A DNA stretch of 64,000 nucleotides, from contig OY970166.1 of the NCBI GenBank assembly GCA_963706595.1, forward strand, positions 2,784,001 to 2,848,000. The letters are read 5' to 3'. The notes below the pieces were generated by a model. The model was not told the DNA's origin. It ran no database searches and saw only the letters and a program-made list of their open reading frames with translations. The position numbers were made by a program, and so were the translations under genes. This DNA comes from an uncultured cyanobacterium (lineage in GTDB: Bacteria > Cyanobacteriota > Cyanobacteriia > Cyanobacteriales > Nostocaceae). This document shows, one piece after another, positions 1 to 9,729 of this stretch (the stretch's first letter is position 1; the number at the start of each line of letters is the position of its first letter).

Positions 1-1239
1 AAACTGACCGAGAATTGTCGCCCCTACCGCCATACCAATCCCACCAAATGCTAGTAAAAAGCCAAATTGAGATGCTTTTAAGTTAGGAATGATTTCTGCC
101 ATCCGCACAGCTAGAACAGTTAAGGCCGCAAACACAGAAAACAAAATAGTCAGTTGTAGTAAAGCATTGCGGACACGACAATTAGCTTTGAGGTAAGAGA
201 AACCATCCCGCAAGTCAGAGAAGACGTGAGGGAATTCTGTGTCTGGGTGGTGGGGTGTTTCTTTAGTTACCAATAGCAGTAAAATGAATCCAGCGATCGC
301 ATAACTACCACCTACCAAAATTTCCTTGCCTAATCCACTACTACCACCAATTTGCAGCCAAAGTGTATCCGCGATCGCCAACAGTGGTTCCCCAATGGCA
401 AACCCCACAATCACCGAAGCCATCATGGTTGTTGTATACAGAGAATTAGCCGAAAGTAAATGCTGTTCTTCCACCACCAAAGGAATTGCCGTTTGTTCTG
501 CGGGCGCAAAAAACTGAGTTAAAGTAGAGACTAAAAAAGTCACACCCAAAATAATCCCAAAACCCACAGGTAACATCCCAATGGGTTGCCAATCATCAGT
601 TAACCACAGCAAAAAAGGAATTGACAACACCAGGAGACCACGCCAAGCATTCGTTGTTACCAGCACAGTCTTTTTTGACCAGCGATCCACAAATACACCA
701 GCCACAGAACCAAACAGTACAGCCGGAATCGTAAAAGCCATCATTAAAGCCGATACCCAACCGCTAATGCTTTGATCACTCCCCTGAAACTGAGTATTAA
801 TCAAGCCAATCATCAGCACCAAATATACTTTATCTGCCATCTGGCAGAAAACCTGACCACCCCAAAGAGCGAGAAAATTGGGATTTTTTAATACAGGTAA
901 AAACCCCTGCTGTCCCCCATTTGCTGATCTGGTGTCACCATCGGCACCAGACCCATCTAATTGTGGTGATTCTGGTTCTGAACCAGTAACTGCTGACAAA
1001 CTCCGTCCATTCCCGTTGACAAGGGCTGCGGATTCTTGGGAAAGCTCAGTTTTTGGGCTTGATGATGTACTACTGTTTGGAACATTTTCAGAGACATCTT
1101 GTGTAGGATGTTCTTGGCTATTTGTAGACTTAGGAACAGCACTCAAGTGATTCTTGACTGTAGGATCTGATGCCCTATTCTGTTTTTTGGTGTTTGGTGA
1201 TAAAGGTAGGATTTTTCTATCCAAATCAGACGGTTGCAT
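1..1239 (-). CDS. MFS transporter (3' end runs off the window start)
   Basis: Manual translation from ATG at 1239 ([12 protein letters not shown]..., overlapping the recO end): hydrophilic N-terminus, then TM helices ([31 protein letters not shown] resembles MFS motif A). Absent from the ORF track because it has no stop in the window. Confidence 0.85.
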   Translation of the reverse strand, partial: MQPSDLDRKILPLSPNTKKQNRASDPTVKNHLSAVPKSTNSQEHPTQDVSENVPNSSTSSSPKTELSQESAALVNGNGRSLSAVTGSEPESPQLDGSGADGDTRSANGGQQGFLPVLKNPNFLALWGGQVFCQMADKVYLVLMIGLINTQFQGSDQSISGWVSALMMAFTIPAVLFGSVAGVFVDRWSKKTVLVTTNAWRGLLVLSIPFLLWLTDDWQPIGMLPVGFGIILGVTFLVSTLTQFFAPAEQTAIPLVVEEQHLLSANSLYTTTMMASVIVGFAIGEPLLAIADTLWLQIGGSSGLGKEILVGGSYAIAGFILLLLVTKETPHHPDTEFPHVFSDLRDGFSYLKANCRVRNALLQLTILFSVFAALTVLAVRMAEIIPNLKASQFGFLLAFGGIGMAVGATILGQF

Positions 1240-2113
1240 CATGGTTAGGGGCAAAATAAGAGTCAATCAAGGTAGCAGAGCGAATTGGGCGACCTAAATG
1301 ATATTGAGCATACTGGCGCAAAATTTGCTCAACAGATAACCAGTTATAATTTTTGGCAGCATCCATTCGCATTATCTCTGGTTGTGACAGATGTTGGAGC
1401 ATAGATAGTTCTGTAGCATCCAAGCGACAAGAAATTACTGGTATATCTTGTCTGTGAACAACTGTTTGGTAAGCTAAGTTTGGCTGAGGGGCTGATGGAG
1501 CCAGACGAGTCTGATCTCTATCTTTACGCAAACTTTCCCAAGCCTGTAAACAGACTGTACCACCAGCCGTCACACTAAATCCCACTCGCCAATTAGGGTT
1601 TGTAAAATCTGGTTTTAAGGTCTTTTGAGTTAAGCAACAGGCTTGTACTTGAGGTGACAAACCTGCAAGGGAAAAAAAGTCAAACACTCCCTGAGCTAAG
1701 TGAGCATAAATAGCAGATGTATCAGTTTTGGGCAATGCTTCCAATCGCTGAAGATATTCATTGAGTAACTGATAAAGTTCCTCTTGGGGTTGTTCACTCA
1801 AAGCCTGACACAGGACTATTTCTGCTAAATACTGACCAGCAGCGAGTTTACCCAAATCTTGAGACAAACCTGGATAAGTTTTGACAGTTTGTGCTTGTGT
1901 AATTTTATCGAGCGATCGCCCTTTGGCAATCAGTAATTCATTCACCACAAACATCCCACTCCTGCCACCAAGGCTAGAGTTTTGCTTGCGCGCCCCTGGT
2001 GCAACTGCTTGAATCAAACCGAATTCCCGTGTCAAAATTGTCACTATCCTGTCTGATTCTCCCAGCACTTGGGCTTTGAGATTAATTCCAGTGGCTTTAT
2101 AGGTTCTACTCAT
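1226..2113 (-). CDS. recO: DNA repair protein RecO
   Basis: N-terminal OB-fold motif [26 protein letters not shown]; 295 aa. Confidence 0.93.
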   Translation of the reverse strand: MSRTYKATGINLKAQVLGESDRIVTILTREFGLIQAVAPGARKQNSSLGGRSGMFVVNELLIAKGRSLDKITQAQTVKTYPGLSQDLGKLAAGQYLAEIVLCQALSEQPQEELYQLLNEYLQRLEALPKTDTSAIYAHLAQGVFDFFSLAGLSPQVQACCLTQKTLKPDFTNPNWRVGFSVTAGGTVCLQAWESLRKDRDQTRLAPSAPQPNLAYQTVVHRQDIPVISCRLDATELSMLQHLSQPEIMRMDAAKNYNWLSVEQILRQYAQYHLGRPIRSATLIDSYFAPNHDATV

Positions 2114-2150
2114 TAGTCATTAGTTATTAGTCATTAGTCATTAGTCATTG
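2110..2150. repeat. Heptamer short tandem repeat (CATTAGT)n, STRR-like
   Basis: About 6 tandem copies visible. Confidence 0.85.
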
Positions 2151-2200
2151 GCTATTCTTTGAGGACAAACAACCCATGACAAAAGACATAAAAATCATGA

Positions 2201-2872
2201 CTATTCTTTATCCAGGTTATCGCGCTGGCGGAGCAAATCAATACTCCGAGACGTACCTAATCTGGTCGCACCAGCTAGAATTAGCTCTATGGCTTCATTG
2301 TAGGTGCGAATACCCCCAGAAGCTTTAATTCCCAAACTGTCTTTAGTAATTTCCTTCAACAGCCGCACATCCGCCAGAGTAGCACCACCATTCCAACCTG
2401 TACTGGTTTTTAAGAAAGCCGCCCCAGCTTCCATAGATACTTCCGCAGCCAATCTTTTCTCAGCATCAGTCAATAGATTAGTTTCCAAAATCACCTTGAC
2501 AGTTTGCCCAGTTTCTTCACAAATTTCCGCAATTTCGCGGTGAACTGCTTCGGTTTTGCCAGCCTTCAACCAACCTAAGTTAATTACCACATCTAGCTCA
2601 GTCGCCCCATTTTCCGCAGCTTCCTGAGCCTCATACAGCTTAACGGCGGAAGTTGTCGCCCCCATAGGAAAGCCAATCACCGTACAAACTTTGGGCTTTT
2701 TACCGTGGAGGAGTTCTGCTGCTTGCTTCACATAGGAGGGGTGAAGACAAACCGCCGCAAAATTAAATCTGTCTGCTTCTTCACACCATTGCTCAACCTG
2801 CTCTGGAGTAGCCGTTGGCATCAGCAGAGAATGATCGATAAATGGCGCAATATCAATATAGTCTGCTGCCAT
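2201..2872 (-). CDS. deoC: Deoxyribose-phosphate aldolase
   Basis: [41 protein letters not shown] motifs. Confidence 0.96.
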   Translation of the reverse strand: MAADYIDIAPFIDHSLLMPTATPEQVEQWCEEADRFNFAAVCLHPSYVKQAAELLHGKKPKVCTVIGFPMGATTSAVKLYEAQEAAENGATELDVVINLGWLKAGKTEAVHREIAEICEETGQTVKVILETNLLTDAEKRLAAEVSMEAGAAFLKTSTGWNGGATLADVRLLKEITKDSLGIKASGGIRTYNEAIELILAGATRLGTSRSIDLLRQRDNLDKE

Positions 2873-3355
2873 CGTGTGTTTTACCAGTAATTGATTATTA
2901 AAGTTTATGAAAAATTAAGACATTTCTTAATACATATATTAAAACACATATCTTCTGGGTTGATCCCGAAAATAACCTGCTGACGAGGTTTTCTCTACCG
3001 AGTATAAATATTTGTCAGGAATATAAATTAAACACCCCGCCCTTGAAGCAACTCAAACTCCCCCCTCTCCTTACTAAGGAGAGGGGCTGGGGGTGAGGTT
3101 CTATATTTTATTAAATCCCCATCTATAAGCATTAAACTTGACATTAGACAGTTAGTAATTATAGAAACCATTTGATAATTGATGCAGTCCCTGCGCCTGA
3201 TAGGGCTTATTCCCCATCAAAAGAGGCCGTTCTATTCTGATACCCTTGTCACGGTAAATTTTTCCATCACAGTTGTACTACTTCCAGAGTTATGATTTCT
3301 AAGTAATCAGATGCTTAGTAAATCTGGTTACTAAATTTTATTTCAGGTTAGTTGC

Positions 3356-4252
3356 ATGACAGTCCAAACACAACGATGGCTTCAAATAGCTCTTCAGGTA
3401 AAAGGCTCAGTAATTTTCGCGATTTATCAACGTGTTATTGGGTGTGGTTTATTTGGTGTTGTTGTTTCTATACTTTATCATTTTAAATTATCTGTATCCC
3501 AACCAATTTTAGGAAGTGTTATTCCTAGCATCGTTTTAGGCTTATTATTAGTTTTTCGTACTAATACAGCTTATGAACGCTTTTGGGAAGGCAGAAAATG
3601 TTGGGGTTCCATAGTAAACAATGTGCGAAATTTAGCAAGACAAATTTGGGTTTCCATTGATGATAAATCCGCAGAAGATAGAAAAAATAAAATTGCTGCA
3701 TTGCATTTATTAGTAGCTTTTGCTGTAGCGACTAAATTACATTTGCGCGGAGAATTGGTAACAAATGAGTTAGAAGAACTAATGCCAGACTCTAAATATA
3801 TAAAACTTAAGAATATGAATAATCCACCCCTAGAAGTTGCTTTCTGGATTGGAGATTATTTACAGCAGCAGTATAATCAAAATTGCCTTAACAGCTACCA
3901 GTTAACAGCAATGCAGGAGTTATTAAATCATCTAGTGGATAATTTAGGCGCATGTGAACGGATTTTAAAAACACCAATCCCTTTAGCATACGCTATTCAT
4001 CTCAAGCAGTTATTACTACTATATTGTTGCCTATTACCTTTTCAACTAGTCGAAAGTCTGGGGTGGTGGACAGGATTAATTGTGGCGTTAATTAGTTTTA
4101 CTTTATTTGGCATTGAAGCCATCGGTTTGGAAATAGAAAATCCTTTTGGTTATGATGCTAATGACTTGCCATTAGATGCAATTTGCAACACTATGAAACG
4201 CAATATTGATGATTTAATTAGTCTAAGTCCTAGCATGGAATTATATAATTAA
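3356..4252 (+). CDS. Bestrophin family (YneE/UPF0187) ion channel
   Basis: LLVFRTNTAYERFWEGR, CERILKTPIP and IENPFGYDANDLPLD motifs. Confidence 0.92.
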   Translation: MTVQTQRWLQIALQVKGSVIFAIYQRVIGCGLFGVVVSILYHFKLSVSQPILGSVIPSIVLGLLLVFRTNTAYERFWEGRKCWGSIVNNVRNLARQIWVSIDDKSAEDRKNKIAALHLLVAFAVATKLHLRGELVTNELEELMPDSKYIKLKNMNNPPLEVAFWIGDYLQQQYNQNCLNSYQLTAMQELLNHLVDNLGACERILKTPIPLAYAIHLKQLLLLYCCLLPFQLVESLGWWTGLIVALISFTLFGIEAIGLEIENPFGYDANDLPLDAICNTMKRNIDDLISLSPSMELYN

Positions 4253-4255
4253 AAC

Positions 4256-5395
4256 TCACAACAATTTTCCCCCAGTTGCTAAGAAGTCGAGAATAGTTTG
4301 AGCTAATGCCTTTGATGCCAAATAAGGTACACCATTACCAATGGTTTTAAACATATTGGTGAGTGACATATCCTCTGGAAGTGCAAAATTTGCAGGTAAA
4401 GATTGAATAGCTAAAGCTTCTGCTACAGAAATTCGCCGCACTTGGTAGGGATGTAAATGTACTTCATTATTTCCATAGCAAGCTGTCGGCGAGTAACGCC
4501 ATCTATGCAGACGTTTAAAAGATTTTTTAGAAACATCTCCTTCATCCACAGCCGCAAATCTGACAATACCTGCCCTTGGTTTAAAATAGTGTTGAGTATT
4601 GGGATGATGCACAACATGATTTTTTCTAAACCAGTATTCAACTGTTAGTTCTTGAGGTATGCTTTCAGGGCAAGGTATGATAGAATCTTCTTGGAATTTT
4701 TCGCACTTTCTCCAAGGGTAATTAAAAACCTGTTTTTGAGGATATGAAATTTGCTTTTGCCAATTAAAATATTCTTCAAATATTAATTCATTAATACCAA
4801 TATCTTGAAGAAAATTATCTTTAAAACCAACAAGAATAATTCTTTCTCTATCCTGTGGTACACCGTATTCAAGAGCGTTAATTAATCGTTCTGTTAATAT
4901 ATAGCCTGCTTGGCTTAATTTCTGCTTTAGAGATTCAAAAAATAACCTGTGTTTTCTCGTCCGCCATAAACCTTTAACATTTTCAAATAAAAAGAAATCT
5001 GGTAAATTTTGACAAATTAATTCTACATAGTCAGCCGAAAGTTTACCATTATCTCCTGATTTTCCTTTATTTTTTCCCCCAACCGAAAAGTCAGGACACG
5101 GGGGACCACCAATAAAACCAATTATATGATCAGACTTGCGGCAGTCTTTGACTAATTCACATAGGCGTTCTGCTTCTGTCCCTGTAATCAGTTTGCTTAC
5201 GTTTGCTGCTTCCCCTTCGTTATATCCATATTCTGGCTGTGGAAGTTTCAGGATTTCCCGTGAATAGCGATATGCTTTCATAAATGGTTTAAATATTTCA
5301 TTCACGTAGACAATATTAAAACCACTATTTTCAAAGCCTAAGTCCAGGAAACCGGAACCAGAAAAGAAGGAAAAAATACAAGGGGAAACATTCAT
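4256..5395 (-). CDS. DNA (cytosine-5)-methyltransferase, apparently orphan
   Basis: Motif I FSGSGFLDLG, motif IV GGPPCPDFS, VI ENVKG, VIII QDRER, X IGNGV; no adjacent restriction endonuclease. Confidence 0.93.
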   Translation of the reverse strand: MNVSPCIFSFFSGSGFLDLGFENSGFNIVYVNEIFKPFMKAYRYSREILKLPQPEYGYNEGEAANVSKLITGTEAERLCELVKDCRKSDHIIGFIGGPPCPDFSVGGKNKGKSGDNGKLSADYVELICQNLPDFFLFENVKGLWRTRKHRLFFESLKQKLSQAGYILTERLINALEYGVPQDRERIILVGFKDNFLQDIGINELIFEEYFNWQKQISYPQKQVFNYPWRKCEKFQEDSIIPCPESIPQELTVEYWFRKNHVVHHPNTQHYFKPRAGIVRFAAVDEGDVSKKSFKRLHRWRYSPTACYGNNEVHLHPYQVRRISVAEALAIQSLPANFALPEDMSLTNMFKTIGNGVPYLASKALAQTILDFLATGGKLL

Positions 5396-5503
5396 TAATA
5401 AAACGAATACATTATCAAATAATATTAAAGTATAGCAGAGTAAACAATTGTTCTTGTTTAGGTAATATAGTAATTATCTATAGATATGTACTAACCCAAA
5501 TAT

Positions 5504-5536
5504 AGATCCCCGACTTCTTGAAGAAGTCGGGGATCT
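5504..5536. repeat. 33-bp palindromic dispersed repeat AGATCCCCGACTTC-N5-GAAGTCGGGGATCT (copy 1 of 4)
   Basis: Same palindrome at 16567-16599, 25631-25663 and 27775-27807. Confidence 0.9.
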
Positions 5537-5674
5537 GAAACTCTCGGTGTTCATCAGATAAGATATTTTGGATATTCTTTAGCTTACAGTTTTTTAAAGA
5601 TTATTATCACGCAAAGGCGCAAAGGCGCAAAGGAGCAAAGTTTGTATTATGCGTCTTGACGACTTTGCGTGAAA

Positions 5675-7117
5675 TTATCCTACAGTTTCAGGCTGTGGTT
5701 GTGGCGATAAACGCTTTACGCCTTGCTGAACAAACCCATGCAAAAAACTCATCTGCTGGTTTTTCTGGAAGACGTTTTGCAAAGTTTGGCGCAATTTGTC
5801 TAAATTCAAGGCGTTTCCGGAATCTAGGGCTATTTCCTGCTGTGCAAAATATTCCACTAAGCTTAAACCGGCTACTCTGGTAAGATAAGCTGCACTGACA
5901 CCCTGCACTACACCACCAGCTACGAAGGTGACAGCGTTAGTTTTGAGAACTATACTTACAGCTTTTGTGGAAAGTTCTACTAACCCTAGTTTCAGCATTA
6001 AACTTCCCATTGTTCCAGCTACAGTTTGCGCTTGTTCCCAAGAAAACTTCTGCTGATAGATATTACCTAAATCCATGACCATTTGAGCATTAATTGCCGC
6101 AGTGGCGAGAATATCCAGGGCTGGGACTGGGTTAGCAAAGGCAGCAGCCGCAGTTATCCATTGATATTGTTCAATAATTGGGGTGGCGCGATCGCATCTA
6201 GTTTCATTCAGCCAGTGTTTAGCTTCGGCTTTCAACAATTTGGCTGTTCTGAAAGTAGTTGTCCATACCAGTTTTTGTCCTTGCTGTGCCAGAACTTCAC
6301 TCAATTGCTGTGTTAACTGCTGGATATCTGGGGCTGGTTGTTCCATCCACTCTTGCACAGTACCATCAGCTTCATGCTTCCTGACTTTAATCGGAATGGG
6401 AGAAGCCGCCGTTGCAACTACATTTTCCGCCATTCGCTGTTTTAATGACAGCAAAATACTAGCACGTTCATCTACTAAATACTGGTCTTGTTTGTTGAAA
6501 ACTAAAATAGCAGGCTGATTTGCGGCTTTTATCTGCTGTAAGCTTTGAAATTCCGAGTCTGTCAAATCACCGTTGGTTAGGAACAGCACAAAATCAGATT
6601 GTTGAATTTCTGCTAAAACAGCCGCATCTGAATTGTCACCCGCTTCTCTAAACAAAGGTGATGTTTCCGAGAAAGTGACTTTTGGCTGTGCTGCTTCCCA
6701 ACTGCTAGATTCCAGCACTTGAATTAAAGTGCTTTTACCCACGGATTTACCACCAGTCACAGCCAATTTAATTTCTTGTCTGTCTAATTCGGGCAGCAAT
6801 TGGGCAACTTGTGATCGTAATGTCTCTAAGGCTATGTGGTTTTCCGCTTCTATTGCCAGTTGGTTAATGACGGTTTGTGTTGTTGCGATCGCACTTTCGG
6901 CCATTGCTCGATCTACAACGATACCATCTAGCGGCTCTAAACTATTTTTCGGGCGATTTTTTTGGAATAACCACAAACCACCACCCACAGCCAAAGCACT
7001 AAATAAACCAAATTCACTCAGCTGCACTATAGAATCATGCCAGCTTTGTAATATCCACAGGGAAAAGGATAGTCCCAATCCTCCCACTAAAATCGGTCGC
7101 TGCAACTTCACAACCAT
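5675..7117 (-). CDS. YcjF/DUF697 family GTP-binding-like membrane protein
   Basis: N-terminal TM segments, degenerate P-loop GGKSVGKST, FNKQD (G4), C-terminal ANPVPALD...AQMV typical of DUF697. Confidence 0.8.
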   Translation of the reverse strand: MVVKLQRPILVGGLGLSFSLWILQSWHDSIVQLSEFGLFSALAVGGGLWLFQKNRPKNSLEPLDGIVVDRAMAESAIATTQTVINQLAIEAENHIALETLRSQVAQLLPELDRQEIKLAVTGGKSVGKSTLIQVLESSSWEAAQPKVTFSETSPLFREAGDNSDAAVLAEIQQSDFVLFLTNGDLTDSEFQSLQQIKAANQPAILVFNKQDQYLVDERASILLSLKQRMAENVVATAASPIPIKVRKHEADGTVQEWMEQPAPDIQQLTQQLSEVLAQQGQKLVWTTTFRTAKLLKAEAKHWLNETRCDRATPIIEQYQWITAAAAFANPVPALDILATAAINAQMVMDLGNIYQQKFSWEQAQTVAGTMGSLMLKLGLVELSTKAVSIVLKTNAVTFVAGGVVQGVSAAYLTRVAGLSLVEYFAQQEIALDSGNALNLDKLRQTLQNVFQKNQQMSFLHGFVQQGVKRLSPQPQPETVG

Positions 7118-7158
7118 GATTCTCCGCGCTTTTTGTCAAGTATCTCTTTCAGAATAGA

Positions 7159-7641
7159 TCAAAACTCTGCCTTTCCATCTTCAACAGGCGAACAGACACA
7201 CTTTTCTTCATCTAAAGCAGCTGGCAAAATTAATTCCCAAGCCTCACGATATTGTGTAGAACGAGGTTGGCGCTGTCGTTTGTTCGTCTCAACTAGGTGG
7301 ATTTCACTACCATAATCTATAAATACATTTACTGGAAAAATATAGAATAAGTCGAGTTTTTCTATATATACCAGTGCAAAATCAAAATCAGATTGCTGAT
7401 ATGCTGCTCGAATCATGATCCGCCGATTCGTTTTAGTGCGGCGGTTATCTACAACATAATTGCCAGAAGATTCATCAAACCAAGCGGACTTGACTTGAAT
7501 TTTAACTAGATTTCCTTCTACATCAAAGACTAAATCGTAGGGAAGCCGATCTCCCACAGGTTTCAAAACTCCCCAACCACGCTTGAGGGCATGAAAAATA
7601 GCAGCCTGTTCTGCTATATCTCCTTTGAGCTTTGTGTCCAT
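7159..7641 (-). CDS. Group I intron-associated PD-(D/E)XK homing endonuclease, I-Ssp6803I-like, free-standing
   Basis: Probable ATG at 7641 gives MDTKLKGDIAEQAAIFHALKRGWGVLKPVGDRLPYDLVFDVEG..KIQVKS..NYVVDNRRTKTNRR..YREAW, which closely resembles the recalled I-Ssp6803I sequence. E...D...QxK catalytic residues are intact. Lies next to the intron-containing tRNA-fMet. Confidence 0.9.
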   Translation of the reverse strand: MDTKLKGDIAEQAAIFHALKRGWGVLKPVGDRLPYDLVFDVEGNLVKIQVKSAWFDESSGNYVVDNRRTKTNRRIMIRAAYQQSDFDFALVYIEKLDLFYIFPVNVFIDYGSEIHLVETNKRQRQPRSTQYREAWELILPAALDEEKCVCSPVEDGKAEF

Positions 7642-7664
7642 TTGCTCATAGCGGATATCAGCAT

Positions 7665-7704
7665 AAAACAAAACCCTGAAAACTCTAAGGTTAACAGGGT
7701 CTTG
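7665..7704 (-). terminator. Putative intrinsic terminator after tRNA-fMet
   Basis: Minus strand CAAGACCCTG...CAGGGTTTTG stem followed by TTTT. Confidence 0.6.
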
Positions 7705-7718
7705 CTTTGTCTTTCATT

Positions 7719-8050
7719 TGGTGGCGGGAAGTGGATTTGAACCACTGACCTTCGGGTTATGCCTACCAACTACAGTTTTCACTGCCCGGATATTCCGGTT
7801 TGTGGTCTGGACTGTCCCTTCGCCCTCGTCTATCATTTCTGATTCCGTTAGGGTGCCTGCCTTCCAGTCTCTACACCTTCTCCATTTCTGGAGCTTGGTT
7901 CGGGATTACCGCGCTAGTGGCTTCCCCGAGTTTGACAGGTAATCATACGCAAGTTTCTTCGCGTACCGCCCACTGCAAGACTAACTAATAAGCGCTTAGT
8001 TGAATCTTACGAATTGAGCCCGACGAGCTACCAGACTGCTCTATCCCGCG
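7719..8050 (-). tRNA. trnfM: tRNA-fMet (CAT), split by a group I intron; exons 8050-8017 and 7761-7719
   Basis: Joined exons read CGCGGGATAGAGCAGTCTGGTAGCTCGTCGGGCT|CATAACCCGAAGGTCAGTGGTTCAAATCCACTTCCCGCCACCA (77 nt). C1:C72 is unpaired and the anticodon stem has GGG/CCC (initiator hallmarks); CCA is encoded. Confidence 0.96.
7762..8016 (-). ncRNA. Group I self-splicing intron (255 nt, no internal ORF) between U33 and C34 of tRNA-fMet
   Basis: 5' exon ends in U and intron ends in G. Core elements: P AAACTCGGGGAA, Q AATCCCGAACC, R GTGTAGAGACTGG, S AAGGGACAGTCC; P7 GACTG/CAGTC; P1 GCU|CA pairs with UGGGC. Confidence 0.93.
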
Positions 8051-8068
8051 TCGCCTCTTGACTTCTAT

Positions 8069-8098
8069 AGTATAACCACAAGGTTTCAAGTTTGTCAA
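8069..8098 (-). promoter_or_regulatory. Sigma70-type promoter of tRNA-fMet
   Basis: TTGACA (8098-8093), 18-nt spacer, TATACT (8074-8069), about 20 nt upstream of the tRNA. Confidence 0.7.
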
Positions 8099-9052
8099 CT
8101 ATAAAAAAGATAATTCTCCAATTACTTCTAAACGCTTGTATTTACCTATAGACATAAACTTCTCCGAGAGGCTTTCGGCGGCGCTGGGACTAATCCAACC
8201 CATCTGCTGGAGCAAGTGGATCGCCACGGCATATTTTGCGCGTTTGGCTCCATCCATGACTTTAATCGTCAAGCCCATACCTTCACCCAGCCTGCCAATA
8301 CATTGCACTCCTTCGGCACCAGTTTTACTTACCAGTTCCCCTGGAGCTAAACGCATCAGTTCTGTGTCAAATTCGCCAACTCCTGCCACCATAGCGGCAT
8401 GATGAGTCATGGCACGGACAATCCGCTCCATATCAACATTGCTACTGGAGGCTAAGAGCGCATACAAAGATGCCATTTGACTGATTTGCATCAGATAGGT
8501 GGGTGCGCCGCAGTCGTCGTGAGCGCTGAGAAATTCCTCGGCTGGCATTCGCAGCAATTCTGCGACTTTGCCCAAAATTAACTTTTGTACTGGGTGCTTG
8601 CGTTCCAGGTAGTTATTTAAAGGCCAATGTCGTTGTTGACATACAGCTAACATTCCGGCGTGTTTGCCAGAGCAATTATATTCCAGAGGGCTTTTTTTAC
8701 CTTCAGGAATTGGACATTGGAGTGCGGTCGGGTCAAGGTCAGCCCGCCAAAGAATATTAAATACCTGTCTTACCTGTTCGATTGTGCCTTTGTGGGAACT
8801 GGTAATAATGGCTAAATCGCGATCGCTGAGGTTATAGCGTTCGAGTGTGCCTGTGGTGGTGACTGCGAGTGCCTGAAATGGTTTGAGTGCTGAACGGACA
8901 AATGCCGCCGTTTCAGAATTGCCGGCAACGGATAAAACCCGTCCCCGTTCGTCGCAGACAACAGCCTCGACTATATGCCTCGATTCAGTAATCCCTTCCC
9001 GCAGTAGCCGGACTTCCAGGGGTTTGGCTTGAGTTCGTTTTCCCATTGTCAT
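8099..9052 (-). CDS. L-asparaginase II family protein
   Basis: RSALKPFQA, SSH, NCSGKHAGML, DDCGAP and SKTGAEG motifs. Confidence 0.9.
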   Translation of the reverse strand: MTMGKRTQAKPLEVRLLREGITESRHIVEAVVCDERGRVLSVAGNSETAAFVRSALKPFQALAVTTTGTLERYNLSDRDLAIITSSHKGTIEQVRQVFNILWRADLDPTALQCPIPEGKKSPLEYNCSGKHAGMLAVCQQRHWPLNNYLERKHPVQKLILGKVAELLRMPAEEFLSAHDDCGAPTYLMQISQMASLYALLASSSNVDMERIVRAMTHHAAMVAGVGEFDTELMRLAPGELVSKTGAEGVQCIGRLGEGMGLTIKVMDGAKRAKYAVAIHLLQQMGWISPSAAESLSEKFMSIGKYKRLEVIGELSFL

Positions 9053-9082
9053 GGGTTAATATTTATCACCTTTTTTATGAAT

Positions 9083-9178
9083 TAGTACAGCACGGCGGCT
9101 ATAAAACGACCGTGCAGAACCGCAATCTAGCCGAAAATACAACTTTTTTAACTTTTGATTTCCGAGACAACGGTATGA
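9083..9178. mobile_element. Degenerate MITE-like element
   Basis: Similar by eye, in inverted orientation, to 55543-55637. Confidence 0.45.
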
Positions 9179-9228
9179 TTTCCTCTTCATTGGTGATTAG
9201 TCGTTAATTACTAAACACCAATGAGGAT

Positions 9229-9729
9229 TTAGGACAATTGCCAAACTATAGTACCAATAAGAAACATTCCCGCCAAGCCAGCAGAGGTAAATTTTAACCT
9301 CTGAAGAATTGGTTTGATTTCATAAGACACAATCAGGCGATCGCGCATAATTACTTCCTGCGGCTTCGTCCAAGTTTGGCCGTCGTACCAACCTGACTCT
9401 TCATAAAATACGGTCGGATTGTAGAGGCGATCGCGTATATAGAGCCAGCCCAAGAACAACCGTACTAGTACTAAAATTACCCCTACACTCGCGACCGCTG
9501 CACCACAGAGGATAAAGTGGGCAAGTTGCTTGTGTGGGGGGAAACTAGCTGCTGCTATTGGCCCTGCTACCAGCCACGATAAACTCCAAATCCAAAGCAT
9601 TTTCGTGATGTATTCGCGCCAATTTAAGATGCAATCACAAAATAGCCAAGAGGTTTTTAACTCTTCGTATTCATTCAGCGGCTGTTGGTCTGTAGGAACT
9701 GGACAATCAGAAACCGAAGGCCTAATCAT
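9229..9729 (-). CDS. CGLD27/Ycf36 family (DUF1230) membrane protein
   Basis: CPVP..QQPLNEY and YEESGWYDGQTW.KP motifs. Confidence 0.9.
   Translation of the reverse strand: MIRPSVSDCPVPTDQQPLNEYEELKTSWLFCDCILNWREYITKMLWIWSLSWLVAGPIAAASFPPHKQLAHFILCGAAVASVGVILVLVRLFLGWLYIRDRLYNPTVFYEESGWYDGQTWTKPQEVIMRDRLIVSYEIKPILQRLKFTSAGLAGMFLIGTIVWQLS

Noticed and set aside
7718..7988. Plus-strand ORFs 7718..7942 and 7800..7988 as intron-encoded proteins
   Set aside because: They are antisense to the tRNA and intron core and show no recognisable motifs.
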